Source of the DNA: Oligoflexales bacterium
GTDB taxonomy: Bacteria > Bdellovibrionota_B > Oligoflexia > Oligoflexales > JAPPIL01
Length of the DNA: 64,000 bases
Assembly (NCBI GenBank): GCA_965215515.1
Contig: OZ244057.1
Span: 128,001 to 192,000, forward strand
Direction of reading: 5' to 3'
The translations under genes and the position numbers were made by a program. Every line of letters starts with the position of its first letter. Within the stretch, counting starts at the first letter, position 1. Below the pieces are notes generated by a model. The model did not search any database. It worked only from the letters and a program-made list of their open reading frames with translations, and had not been told where the DNA came from. Of the stretch, positions 1-9,514 are shown in pieces.

Positions 1-220
1 GTAATGCACCGTGGATCAGGTAGCTGCTAGCAGCACCGATCGCCGCGCCGACAAGTGCGCCCTTCAACGCACCCTTGCCGCTCGTCGCTGCCATGTTAGC
101 CACTGCTCCTGTGCTCATGCCTATGCCCACACCTGCGGACATAGACCTGTGCAACGTTGCACATCCAGCCGCTAACGCGGCACTCAATACCAGGCACATC
201 ACCATCACCTTCTGTTTCAT
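1..220 (-). CDS. Glycine-zipper lipoprotein, runs off the left edge; possibly a TraV/VirB7-like or exclusion lipoprotein
   Basis: Not in the ORF track. AGGAGG RBS at 230-225, ATG at 220; reads MKQKVMVMCLVLSAALAAGCATLHRSMSAGVGIGMSTGAV...GALVGAAIGAASSYLIHG, with a lipobox (LAAGC) and GxxxG repeats. Confidence 0.75.
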   Translation of the reverse strand, partial: MKQKVMVMCLVLSAALAAGCATLHRSMSAGVGIGMSTGAVANMAATSGKGALKGALVGAAIGAASSYLIHGAL

Positions 221-334
221 GAAACCTCCTAATAGGTTGTTAAAAATGATCACTGAAAAATAATTCCCAAATTCTGGACTGATAAGAAATTTTGGCAACA
301 AAAGATAATTAAATTCAATAGTTACCTCAATTGG

Positions 335-366
335 CCTGTTCCAACTGGGATGATCCCTGGAACAGG
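335..366. other. Nested inverted repeat just downstream of the relaxase gene (candidate oriT element or terminator)
   Basis: CCTGTTCCA(335-343)-ACT-GGGAT-G-ATCCC-TGGAACAGG(358-366). Confidence 0.4.
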
Positions 367-389
367 AACTGAGAACACCCTTCACGCAC

Positions 390-1187
390 CTAACGAACAC
401 GAAAGATGTACCCGATAGCATTCGTAAATGTCATTTCGTCCCGCTCGCCAAGGACATCGCCCAACATCGCTAAATACACTTTCGGTTTACGGCGATGGCG
501 ATCTGCCACCTCCTTATCTATCTTGAGCAACCTGTCTAAAATGTGCTTGCTTGCACATACATAAAGCACACCATCAACTCCTCGCTTGACATAGTAAGCA
601 TCAACCTTTTGGCGATAACGATCTTTACTTTTGACCGTCGTATCGAACTCGATAGCTAAATTCAACACCCCTATTCTTGTATTTACTTCAGCCATTGCGT
701 CACTGTTCAATTCCACAAATGGCCTGAACTGTCTGTCCGATTTGAACCCCGTGCATGTTTGCAGAACATTTTCGCTGTAGTAGCTTTGCACCGCTCCTTT
801 TGCCTCAAATGCTTGGCGAATGTCGTTCAAGGCGATGTCATGTAATGGACAATCACTTAACCTGCTTTCCGTTTTTACTTCGTATGCTAGTATTGGCTTG
901 ACTTTAGTAAGGCCACGCGGTGTTAGATAGTAACTGTACATCGCCCCACGTCCCATAATGACTGACATTCTCGCTATCAAACCAAGATCAACAAGCTTGC
1001 GCAGCCGTTTGTTTACTGCGCGTTTAGACACACCAGAGAAAAATTGCTTGTTTATCTGCTCTCTGCTGATGATTTTGTTCTCAAACAGCGAACACATTAT
1101 CCGCCAGTCCCGTTCGCCCAAGATGACTTTGGCGATGTTTCTACTCGTTTCAAACATGGCTAGCTGTCTCTGATATTTTGTCATCAT
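390..1187 (-). CDS. Replication-relaxation (Replic_Relax, MOBC-like) relaxase
   Basis: N-terminal winged-helix segment (RLRKLVDLGLI...YYLTPRG), HDIAL motif, PD-(D/E)xK-like SDAM...AIEFD...KVDAY; lies after the coupling protein. Confidence 0.8.
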   Translation of the reverse strand: MMTKYQRQLAMFETSRNIAKVILGERDWRIMCSLFENKIISREQINKQFFSGVSKRAVNKRLRKLVDLGLIARMSVIMGRGAMYSYYLTPRGLTKVKPILAYEVKTESRLSDCPLHDIALNDIRQAFEAKGAVQSYYSENVLQTCTGFKSDRQFRPFVELNSDAMAEVNTRIGVLNLAIEFDTTVKSKDRYRQKVDAYYVKRGVDGVLYVCASKHILDRLLKIDKEVADRHRRKPKVYLAMLGDVLGERDEMTFTNAIGYIFRVR

Positions 1188-2529
1188 CTGTCACCTCTAG
1201 AAGTGAATTAAAATTCTGCCTAATGCCATCTGTAAACTCTTGATTAATCACCTCCAGTTCTGCTTCAATCAATTCATCGTCAACGTAAGGTGCTTGCACC
1301 TGCCTCTGTTCGCTGCCATTACTCCACATGCCACGTCCCTTGATTGCAGGTAACTTTTGTGCAAAATTTCCGCCCATCGCCACATTTGAAGCCGCAGCTG
1401 AAATCATCCTGAAGGTCATGCGCCCCGTTAAATTGTCTAATATCTCTGTGCTAATCGCCTCCTTTACTGGTTTCTGTGTGGCAGGGATAAGGTGAATGCC
1501 AGCTGCTCTTGCTAAACGAGCAAGTTCACCCATACATTTACGTGCTGTTTCACTTGCCCCTTTGCCCAATAAAACCGTCGCTTCATCTATTCCAACCACG
1601 ATTAAATCTAGCTTGTCCCTTTCTGGATCAATTGACTTATGCCCGCTACTCTCTAAAAGTTCATAGCGGCGGTGCATTTCAGCAACTAGAGCCTCAAGAA
1701 TGCTGGTCGCCTCTACTTCATCTGCCGCTACCCTAACATTAGGTAGTGCTGCGAATTCCTTGACCTCCACCCCTCGCTTCATATCCAAGAGATAGAGCTG
1801 AATGTGCGGCGAACTTTTCAGCAGTGAAAGCATGGTCGAGCGGAAGAACACTGATTTACCGCCACCCGTAGCTCCAGAGATAAGTAAATGCGGCAGCGAT
1901 TGAATTTTCTGCACGATTGCACCATTCATACTTTGCCCAATAATGAAAGAATAAGATTCTTTCACATGGTCATAGAGTTCGTGAAAGCCGACCATGCTAG
2001 GCAGATCACGCTCACACAGCACGATCTCGACCTTGCCCATATCTTTGCCATGTACGATGTCTTCAACCTTTTGGCGAAAGCCTGCGGTTAAACTATCCTT
2101 CTGTGCTTGAAACTTATTGAGACCAACACCAACGGTATCGACGATCACCTTGAGGCGGTGTTCACCTATGGGAATGATCGCTTTTACTTTTGGCTTCTCA
2201 CCTGTGGCGGTTTTCAAGCCAGCCCGTTCAATGGCCTTTTGAAACAAGATATATCTTCTGAAATCCTTGCTCCCGCAAAGGAACACGGCGAGCAGCACAA
2301 ACAAGCCTACCATGGGAAAATAAAGGTCTACTGCTTGCTCATAGCTCAGTATTCCAAACAGCACTGTCATGAGAATACCATTGATCAGCAGAAAGCATCC
2401 CCATGTGTTTAAGTCCTTGAAGTCAATTCGCCGCAAGCCAAACCAACAAACTCTTGCTATATTGAAGAGACAATACAGCAGCATAAGAACAAAATTTTCC
2501 AGCACCTGATTATCTTTTGCTTTACTCAT
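1150..2529 (-). CDS. FtsK/SpoIIIE-domain ATPase, putative TcpA-like coupling protein
   Basis: N-terminal TM helices; PHLLISGATGGGKS Walker A, DMKRGVE, IDEA Walker B, ARAAGIHLIPATQKP FtsK-family motif. Confidence 0.85.
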   Translation of the reverse strand: MSKAKDNQVLENFVLMLLYCLFNIARVCWFGLRRIDFKDLNTWGCFLLINGILMTVLFGILSYEQAVDLYFPMVGLFVLLAVFLCGSKDFRRYILFQKAIERAGLKTATGEKPKVKAIIPIGEHRLKVIVDTVGVGLNKFQAQKDSLTAGFRQKVEDIVHGKDMGKVEIVLCERDLPSMVGFHELYDHVKESYSFIIGQSMNGAIVQKIQSLPHLLISGATGGGKSVFFRSTMLSLLKSSPHIQLYLLDMKRGVEVKEFAALPNVRVAADEVEATSILEALVAEMHRRYELLESSGHKSIDPERDKLDLIVVGIDEATVLLGKGASETARKCMGELARLARAAGIHLIPATQKPVKEAISTEILDNLTGRMTFRMISAAASNVAMGGNFAQKLPAIKGRGMWSNGSEQRQVQAPYVDDELIEAELEVINQEFTDGIRQNFNSLLEVTDDDKISETASHV

Positions 2530-3464
2530 TGCTCACCTCGATAGGTTGCTAAAAGGTTGATAATCATCTCCCGCCCCGCGGGAATAGTGATGTATTCCTG
2601 CACGTTGCCAAGCTCAGCCGCTTGCCGCTGTGCTTCTGCCTCACTTGCTTTGGCGATGCCTTGATAGAGTGCGTTTTTGGCTGTTGCTTTAGGGATAACA
2701 GCTCCTTCTGCACTGAGTACTTGTTTCTCCGTGAGAGTGTCGGTGAATGCTGATACCATTGTCAGCCCTAGTGTTGAGGCCACCCGTGTTGCCGTGCCAC
2801 TGTGCAATTTACCCTCAATCCCAGGGCTATAGTCCTTTGCGCTCAATGCCTGTGCCTTCAACTCAACCTCTCTGCCATCAGGCAATAACGCTTTTGAAAA
2901 CTGCATGAAAACCTTCCTTCCTTTGTTGGGATAATTGATCGTGCCAAACAAAATAGAATTCTTCGGGATGCCCTCGCCATGCTTGCCTTTACCACCATAG
3001 GGGAGCAGTACCTTATAGAGCTGCTCACTCTCTCTGGTATCAACAGCAGTTAACAACTTGCCGATGAGATTTGCACCAATCGGCAGCTTGCTGGTGAAGC
3101 TGTCTGCTCCTTTCCTTTCGATTACCTGCGGAGCTTTGTATTGTATCTTCATAGTGCGTTTAGGCATGGGCTTTGCCTGCCGCGGCTTAGATGCAAGCAC
3201 TCTTTGTTCTGAAGCTTTAAGCATGCCACTTACCTTTTGCGATACGAGCAAAGATACTTGTGCCGTTTCAAAATTACCCGTCTCGATCGGTTCAGTGGCA
3301 TTGACAACCACGCTGCTATCACCGCTAGCTTCGGAAAAGATAATTGTAAAAACTCCAATTCCTACTGCTGCAACAACCACGCCCCAAAATCTTTTCTTGT
3401 CGATAACCTCTTTGCCACCATCTTTTTTGAGAAAAAATGCCCGTAGCCTTGTAATAAACTTCAT
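2526..3464 (-). CDS. T4SS VirB10/TrbI-like protein
   Basis: Single N-terminal TM helix, LPIGANLIGKLLTAVDT, IPKNSILFG, C-terminal YITIPAG; operon position. Confidence 0.75.
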   Translation of the reverse strand: MKFITRLRAFFLKKDGGKEVIDKKRFWGVVVAAVGIGVFTIIFSEASGDSSVVVNATEPIETGNFETAQVSLLVSQKVSGMLKASEQRVLASKPRQAKPMPKRTMKIQYKAPQVIERKGADSFTSKLPIGANLIGKLLTAVDTRESEQLYKVLLPYGGKGKHGEGIPKNSILFGTINYPNKGRKVFMQFSKALLPDGREVELKAQALSAKDYSPGIEGKLHSGTATRVASTLGLTMVSAFTDTLTEKQVLSAEGAVIPKATAKNALYQGIAKASEAEAQRQAAELGNVQEYITIPAGREMIINLLATYRGEQ

Positions 3465-3847
3465 TTCCGCCCCTTCTTTGCAGTTACCTTAGGCCATTGA
3501 TAGTTTGACTTCCACTTCACAAACACCAAATCATCAGAGCGGCAACTTTGGCACACTCTCAAGATAAAGCCATAGATGCGATAAGGTGTGTAGACAAAGA
3601 GATTGGTTTCGACCTTACCAAGCGGTTGAATGGTTAGGTCGTTGTCGATAAACTCAACCGAGTAGTAGTTTTGATTGCCAATCACTACCTTCTTGGGCTT
3701 GGCTGTAAAACGCAGCACCGTTGCTCTGCCCATCTTCAAATAAATGAGCTGCATCTTGCTATTGTTGACCTGCACAGTTCTTATGCCACTTGCCAGCACC
3801 ACAGACGAACAACACAGCCAAAAACAAACCAAAAAGAGTTTCTTCAT
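3461..3847 (-). CDS. T4SS VirB9/TrbG-like periplasmic protein (short)
   Basis: Signal peptide; ATVLRF...IQPLGKVETNLFVYT motif; lies between virB8-like and virB10-like genes. Confidence 0.65.
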   Translation of the reverse strand: MKKLFLVCFWLCCSSVVLASGIRTVQVNNSKMQLIYLKMGRATVLRFTAKPKKVVIGNQNYYSVEFIDNDLTIQPLGKVETNLFVYTPYRIYGFILRVCQSCRSDDLVFVKWKSNYQWPKVTAKKGRK

Positions 3848-4428
3848 TATTTCGCCTGATGCTCGATAACACCGTTAACCAACAAGCCTATCGGATTCCA
3901 GATGTTAGGTGTGCCTCTGATAATATGCAGCGATAGCGTTGTAGGCACGGGAATAGGCACATCCGCAAGTCTCAACAACTTGTCAAAGCTAACTACGACT
4001 TTTTCTTTTGTGACACTGACTTTGATGTTAACGATTGCTTGTGAAGTCTCCTTGTCTTGAAACTCCTTGTCCTTGAGATGCGTCAAGAGTTTAAATAATT
4101 TCATTTGTAGTCCGTCGGTCACAATAGGCGACAGGCTCTTTTGCTTTGCTTGCGGGTCTAGCTTGTCCCATTCATAGCGAATGTGCAGAAACTTTCTGAC
4201 AAATTCTTCAACCGCCGCTTCCGAGATAGGTAAGTTTGCCCTACGTCCCGCGTGATACTGTTGTTGCTCGCCCTCTTTGATAACGACGATGGGATCGGCT
4301 ACATACATCCAACCGATGACAAACACCTGTAGCACACACACCACAACCAACCCCAAGTTGATCAACTTGTGCGTGCGCAGCAGGGCGTTGATGTCCGTCC
4401 ATGCCCGCAATGAATTAGCTTTTTTCAT
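3847..4428 (-). CDS. T4SS VirB8/TrbF-like protein
   Basis: One TM helix, VEEFVRKFLHIRYEWD, C-terminal NPIGLLV typical of VirB8; GGAGGA RBS before ATG 4428. Confidence 0.7.
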   Translation of the reverse strand: MKKANSLRAWTDINALLRTHKLINLGLVVVCVLQVFVIGWMYVADPIVVIKEGEQQQYHAGRRANLPISEAAVEEFVRKFLHIRYEWDKLDPQAKQKSLSPIVTDGLQMKLFKLLTHLKDKEFQDKETSQAIVNIKVSVTKEKVVVSFDKLLRLADVPIPVPTTLSLHIIRGTPNIWNPIGLLVNGVIEHQAK

Positions 4429-4448
4429 AATGTCCTCCAAAAAATTGT

Positions 4449-5333
4449 TCACTTAAGTTTACCGAGACCCTCACGAAACTTCGTTACTCCCCTGCCAACA
4501 TGGTTTAGCACGGGTCGAGCTACAAATTTGCCTGCTCCCCAAGTCTTGGCCATACCTTGTTTAGCAACGTGTTTAGCGTGAAACTTTGCTGCACCTACAG
4601 CCGCCGTTGCTGGTGCAAGAGCTAAACCCGATGCTGCCATCTCAAGTCCATCGTTAATCAGCGAGCGAGTAGCTAACGGGATAAACAACATACTCAGGCC
4701 AATACACAGGTTGAGGATGATTGCCGCTAAATAGTCTTCCATGTTGCTTGTCTGGTGCTCCATTGCCAGCTTCAGCAGCAACACGCTAAGTACTGTCCAC
4801 ATGATTTTCCAAACAACGACTTTCACTAATCCCTTGTAAAGGTTGACGGTAATGTTGGCGGTTGGTTTTGCCACATAAGCTAAAATCATCAGTGGCGACA
4901 AGGTGTAAAGCACCACCCAAACAAAATGCACCAGTGATTTGGTGACAAAAAAGCCCAAGTAGGCAACGAGATAAGCAAGGAGTGATAGCGTGTAGAGAAT
5001 ATGCCCTCTTAAGTCAAACAACCCGCTCGATGCGTCCTTGTAATTCGGCCCCAAATTCTTCAAAACCTCCCAAACATCAACACTCTTGTCGATCTTGCCA
5101 ACAATACCGTTACCAAGCGAGCCGATAACATTGATCGTATATTCAAACGATAGCAGCAACAGTATCGACACCGCCACGCGCCGAAAAATATCGACAATAT
5201 CAATGCTATCTTGCTGTGCTTTGCAAAATTCTAAAACAATCAGCAACAGCACGACAGGCAAGAGTAGCAACCAGTAGAGATCGAGCATTTCACCGCGAAT
5301 GTCTTTGGCGACAGCGACTAGTTGTTCAAACAT
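4449..5333 (-). CDS. T4SS VirB6/TrbL-like polytopic membrane protein
   Basis: About 6 hydrophobic segments, LSPLMIL motif, Ala/Gly-rich tail; operon position. Confidence 0.7.
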   Translation of the reverse strand: MFEQLVAVAKDIRGEMLDLYWLLLLPVVLLLIVLEFCKAQQDSIDIVDIFRRVAVSILLLLSFEYTINVIGSLGNGIVGKIDKSVDVWEVLKNLGPNYKDASSGLFDLRGHILYTLSLLAYLVAYLGFFVTKSLVHFVWVVLYTLSPLMILAYVAKPTANITVNLYKGLVKVVVWKIMWTVLSVLLLKLAMEHQTSNMEDYLAAIILNLCIGLSMLFIPLATRSLINDGLEMAASGLALAPATAAVGAAKFHAKHVAKQGMAKTWGAGKFVARPVLNHVGRGVTKFREGLGKLK

Positions 5334-6028
5334 CAGAACCTCACCAAGTTTTCTTGTCGTTTGAAATTTTTGAAAGCATCGCCTATGCTCTTATCAACCT
5401 CTTGGTAGGCAACGATCTTGCGCTTATCCTGCTTGTTGAGCATGGCAAGTTGTTCGCTTTGCATCTTGAGGCTTTGACTTTGCAGGCGAATTAGTTGGTT
5501 GACACTTTCTAAGATCATGGCATTCGATACGGCCGTTGCTCTTGCTGCTCCTTTGGGAGAAGCCGATTGGCTTTGGATTTTGAGCGATTGCGAATTCTTT
5601 TCTTGTGTCTTTGAATAGCTCTTGAATGAGTTCACCATCTGCAAAGATTCTGCGGCGGTTTTATCGTGTAGCGTGTGCAGTGCTGCTTCAGGTGATTGCG
5701 GTATACTACCGTAGACTTGCGTAACAATTTCTAGTGTGTCGCTAAAATCACCTAAATCTGTGAGCACGCCATGATCACTTACAGCCAAGCTTTTTGATAA
5801 TCCCGTTATGTTTTCTAAACCTTGATGGACAGCGCGAAAATAGTTGTCTGATTGCTTAGCTTGCTCCAGCATTACTTTGAGTTGTGTATAGCGTTTGTAA
5901 TTTTCTGCTAGCACCTTTGCCAAGTAGGGGATTTGTGCCCAACCTGCACCGCCATCACCCCAAAAGCCATAAGCTGGCACTGAGACAATGAGCAGGGACA
6001 ACATCACTGAAAAAATTTTCTTTTGCAT
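5333..6028 (-). CDS. T4SS VirB5/TrbJ-like exported helical protein
   Basis: Signal peptide, Gln-rich helical sequence, SASPKGAARATA; lies between virB4 and virB6. Confidence 0.6.
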   Translation of the reverse strand: MQKKIFSVMLSLLIVSVPAYGFWGDGGAGWAQIPYLAKVLAENYKRYTQLKVMLEQAKQSDNYFRAVHQGLENITGLSKSLAVSDHGVLTDLGDFSDTLEIVTQVYGSIPQSPEAALHTLHDKTAAESLQMVNSFKSYSKTQEKNSQSLKIQSQSASPKGAARATAVSNAMILESVNQLIRLQSQSLKMQSEQLAMLNKQDKRKIVAYQEVDKSIGDAFKNFKRQENLVRF

Positions 6029-6030
6029 TT

Positions 6031-8538
6031 TTATCTCCTTACTAAAAGTTTTTGATCCAACTTTTTACAAAAAGTTGGTGGGGTTTCAGGGGCAACGCCC
6101 CTGACTTCCTTCTTGCCTCCAACTCCCATCTCCCCAAAAGCGAGCAGCTCAAGCACATCAAGCTTATTCAGCGTTGGATTTTGCTTCTCTGCTTCAGCAA
6201 TCAACGACTTGTCTTTAGCGTCTGAAGTGGCAATCCAATGACTGAGTGGTTCGGGTGCAAGGCGTAAGATGGCTTCGTGTGTGTCTTGCAGATAGTAGAA
6301 CTCGCTGTATTCGCCTCTTTTGATTGATAGGCTCTTAATACGTTCGACTTGTGTAGAGTTGAAATCGAAAGTCTTTTGAAAATCTACCCAGTCAATTTTA
6401 CTTTGCCGTAAGATAATAATGCTGGTGGTGTTGGTCATCAGGGCATCGCGTAGAGCTTTGTCAGCCATGAAATCTTTGTAGTTCTGGCTTAAACACCAGA
6501 TGCCACTTCTGAATTTGCGCCACGTGCGATAACAGGTGATCACTACTTGCCGCGCTAGTTCTGATTGAAAGAGACGTTCGGCTTCGTCGATGATCAGCAG
6601 ATACTCACGTTCAATGTCGGAAGAGGCAACATCTTGAATGTGTGAGGTTAGCAGCAATAATAGCACGTCTTTTAAATCTGAATAGTTGCTCAGCTGCTGC
6701 ACCTCGATAGACACTAAATCTTTCGACAACTCAACATTAGTCTGGCCATCAAGCATCTGCCCATAGGCTGATTGCCCCGTCCAGCTGTAAAGTACATCAC
6801 CAAACTTGCGCATCTGCTTATCTGTGTGCTTGTCCAGCAACGCCTTCAAATCCGATAACGTCGGTGTCTTGCCCTTTGCCTCAGCATAGACACGATGAAG
6901 CTGTTCTTCGATCAACGCCTTAGATCGCTTGTCAAGTGCTAGCTTGTCATCGTCTTCCAAAATCATTTCGAGCACGGCTAGCAACGTGCGAATGCGATCA
7001 GGGCTTGGGGTTGTCTCACCCTCCTTTAAGTCAAACATGTTGAGGCAGAGGCCAGAGTTGAGATTTAAATCTAAAAACTCGCCGTCGAGCACTTCAATCA
7101 AGCGTTGAGAAGATGCGCCGTTGTCGATCCAAACAATTCTAGGATGCTTCCCATTGGTTACCTTGCCGTAAAACATCGCCATCAATTGAACGACGGTATA
7201 ACTCTTGCCGCTGCCTGAACTGCCGAACACTATGCCGTTCCATGCGGGCAAGTGTTCAGCATAAGGATCGAGTGAAAACAACTGCCCGTCTCGTGTTGGA
7301 AGCAAACACACAGGCATAGGGTTACCTGTCCAGTTGGCAAAGACAGGCATCAGGTGTGCGGCGTTGCTGGATTTCATCTTCTTATGCCGCATGCCCTGAC
7401 AGGTGCTTGGCATAGCTTTCAAGAACGCTTCTTTGCCTGCCAGTGTTTCTTGCAGTCCTTCAGCTTGGTTGAGCGAGCGAAACGTTTTCAATATCTCATC
7501 GGTCTTGTCGTCTAGTTCGCTACTGGTTTTGCCCCAGATGATGATATTGAAATCGGCCGACACGAGTTTTTCTGAACCTTCTAGCAAGCTCCCCAATAAA
7601 CCTTCAATCTGGCCAAGTTTGTTTTCTGAATCCAAATCGCTAATGTTCTTGCTGCCAGAAGCCATCGAGTGGGCAATGCGCCTTTTCAATTCAAGCGATC
7701 TTTTTTCTTTTGTTTGATCTAAAAGATGAATGGATTGGATCAGCCAAAAGTGAAACGGCACGGCGGCGAATATGTTTGCCATTGCGGCGAACGTTTGACC
7801 TTCGGGCAATGTAGCCATGCTAATGGTGCGAAACTTGTAGTTGCCAAGTGTGATCGCGTTCTTGTCCCAAATGAAATCGGTCAATGTGAGTTGCTCGCTA
7901 ACCGCAGCATCAAGGCAGCTGTGCGGCTCACGATAACTAGCTGTGCTTATTCGTTCAACACGATCGAAATTCAAGTATTCAAACAGTAGTCCAAACCATT
8001 CTTCCTGCCCTAACACTTGTGGCGCAAGCCCCGTCGCGGCAAGGGCTGAGGCAATGCCCTTCACTTCCCGCAAGAACTTAGCTTTACGGCCATCGAATTC
8101 AGCCTTACTAAGTTGCTGAAAGTCCTGCTCACGTGTGAACAAGCCTTGCCTCTGTGGTGCAAAGGCTTTGCTGCGCACAAAAAAGAAAATCTTTGGCACA
8201 AAATAATTCCCTTCAGCTTGGTTCTTGCGATAAAAATTAACACGTGCCTCAGCAAGACGCTTGTAATTGCCACCCATGCCACACGATAGCTGTTGATGCT
8301 GTTCTATCAACTGGCTAACATCAGGGGTCAGCTGATAGAACAGTTGCAAATGCACACCCTCACCAGCAGAGATCAGCAAGTTATCTAACCCCCTGCTTAG
8401 CTGATTGATGGCCTCCTCTGTGGCACAAGTCAGGTCAAACCCCGCTAACTGAAAGCCTGCACCGAGTGAGCCATCTTTGAAAACCATCAAATCTTCGTCG
8501 AAATGCCAGAAATCCAATTCGCTAGCAAAACTACGCAT
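6031..8538 (-). CDS. virB4: T4SS VirB4/TraC ATPase
   Basis: 835 aa; GSSGSGKS Walker A, IDNGAS, LIIDEAE Walker B, RKFRSGIWCLSQ. Confidence 0.9.
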   Translation of the reverse strand: MRSFASELDFWHFDEDLMVFKDGSLGAGFQLAGFDLTCATEEAINQLSRGLDNLLISAGEGVHLQLFYQLTPDVSQLIEQHQQLSCGMGGNYKRLAEARVNFYRKNQAEGNYFVPKIFFFVRSKAFAPQRQGLFTREQDFQQLSKAEFDGRKAKFLREVKGIASALAATGLAPQVLGQEEWFGLLFEYLNFDRVERISTASYREPHSCLDAAVSEQLTLTDFIWDKNAITLGNYKFRTISMATLPEGQTFAAMANIFAAVPFHFWLIQSIHLLDQTKEKRSLELKRRIAHSMASGSKNISDLDSENKLGQIEGLLGSLLEGSEKLVSADFNIIIWGKTSSELDDKTDEILKTFRSLNQAEGLQETLAGKEAFLKAMPSTCQGMRHKKMKSSNAAHLMPVFANWTGNPMPVCLLPTRDGQLFSLDPYAEHLPAWNGIVFGSSGSGKSYTVVQLMAMFYGKVTNGKHPRIVWIDNGASSQRLIEVLDGEFLDLNLNSGLCLNMFDLKEGETTPSPDRIRTLLAVLEMILEDDDKLALDKRSKALIEEQLHRVYAEAKGKTPTLSDLKALLDKHTDKQMRKFGDVLYSWTGQSAYGQMLDGQTNVELSKDLVSIEVQQLSNYSDLKDVLLLLLTSHIQDVASSDIEREYLLIIDEAERLFQSELARQVVITCYRTWRKFRSGIWCLSQNYKDFMADKALRDALMTNTTSIIILRQSKIDWVDFQKTFDFNSTQVERIKSLSIKRGEYSEFYYLQDTHEAILRLAPEPLSHWIATSDAKDKSLIAEAEKQNPTLNKLDVLELLAFGEMGVGGKKEVRGVAPETPPTFCKKLDQKLLVRR
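6057..6104. repeat. Double-hairpin palindromic element inside the 3' end of virB4
   Basis: CCAACTTTTT-AC-AAAAAGTTGG (6057-6078) and TCAGGGGC-AAC-GCCCCTGA (6086-6104), both perfect stems. Confidence 0.8.
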
Positions 8539-8845
8539 GAATTCTTCTCCTCATCGGTAAAACTTTGGCTGGCTCTTCCCCTGCTGAAAAAAATCCTGTC
8601 TCCAAGTAGAAGCGAAGGAGATGCGGCAAAAACTTTTCAGGCTTGCCGCGCTTGCCGAAATAGCAGACAGCGAGTATGAGCACAGGCACACCAATCACCA
8701 GCGGCAGTTCTAACGCGGTGCTGCTGAAGAACAGGTTCATGATTGCCCCACATATTAGGGCAATGAGCAGGTCAAAGGCTTCGATGTTGCCGATCTTAAG
8801 CTTCGCATCCAAGTTTCTTTGTACTGTTGAGATGTTAATTTTCAT
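8531..8845 (-). CDS. T4SS VirB3/PrgI-like small membrane protein
   Basis: ATG 8845 (MKINISTVQRNLDAKLKIG), two TM helices, GKPEKFL; overlaps the virB4 start. Confidence 0.65.
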   Translation of the reverse strand: MKINISTVQRNLDAKLKIGNIEAFDLLIALICGAIMNLFFSSTALELPLVIGVPVLILAVCYFGKRGKPEKFLPHLLRFYLETGFFSAGEEPAKVLPMRRRIHA

Positions 8846-8849
8846 TGCC

Positions 8850-9152
8850 TCACCCCACCGCCGCAGATTGAAACCAGCGAATAATCGGTGGAGCAAGAAA
8901 ACCCACCACGCTAGCAATGACCACAAGCACCATGCGCCGCTTCGCTCCTTCGTCGCCACCCATGGCAAGCATAGCAGCATAGAGCAGACCAAGAATGGCC
9001 ACCGCGGGCAAGACTACCGACATCAAATTGTCGGTAAACGAACGAATTCGGCTTTCAAAACCGCTGCTACCCCATGCCAGCGCAAGATCAGGCAGGTTGA
9101 GCACTGCACCGCTGCACACCAAAAGATAAATTTTCCAAAAAACTTTTCTCAT
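8850..9152 (-). CDS. T4SS VirB2/TrbC-like pilin
   Basis: Signal peptide ending ALA, then two hydrophobic helices; AAGGAG RBS; first structural gene of the operon. Confidence 0.7.
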   Translation of the reverse strand: MRKVFWKIYLLVCSGAVLNLPDLALAWGSSGFESRIRSFTDNLMSVVLPAVAILGLLYAAMLAMGGDEGAKRRMVLVVIASVVGFLAPPIIRWFQSAAVG

Positions 9153-9154
9153 GA

Positions 9155-9487
9155 TCAAACTCCTTTCACGTAGAGGATTAAAGTTTTAAATTTTGAGCCA
9201 TAGTTGATAAACACGTTGCCATTGCTATCACTGTAGCCTGTGCCGACTAGCTGACGTTTCAAAAAACTGCCGTCTTTGCGTTTGATGACTAATTCCAGCC
9301 GGTAGCTGGTATGCTCACCTTTGCAAGCACAGGGCTTGAGAAAATACTGCTTGTCGCTTGGTTCTTCGTCGATCTTCAAAAGATACTCACCATAGGTAGG
9401 GTTGTAGAAACCAACGCCCGCATGAATGACAGTGCCATCACGTGGATCAAGCCAACCAAGATTAAGCGTTGCGCTTTTCCGTTGCAT
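9155..9487 (-). CDS. Hypothetical small beta-rich protein at the head of the tra operon
   Basis: ORF coupled to the pilin gene; likely start ATG 9487. Confidence 0.55.
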   Translation of the reverse strand: MQRKSATLNLGWLDPRDGTVIHAGVGFYNPTYGEYLLKIDEEPSDKQYFLKPCACKGEHTSYRLELVIKRKDGSFLKRQLVGTGYSDSNGNVFINYGSKFKTLILYVKGV

Positions 9488-9514
9488 TAGGCCGCCCTCT
9501 GAAAACATCAAGCA

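Noticed and set aside
75..263. 62-aa plus-strand ORF
   Set aside because: Shadow of the minus-strand lipoprotein gene, which has an RBS and a lipobox.
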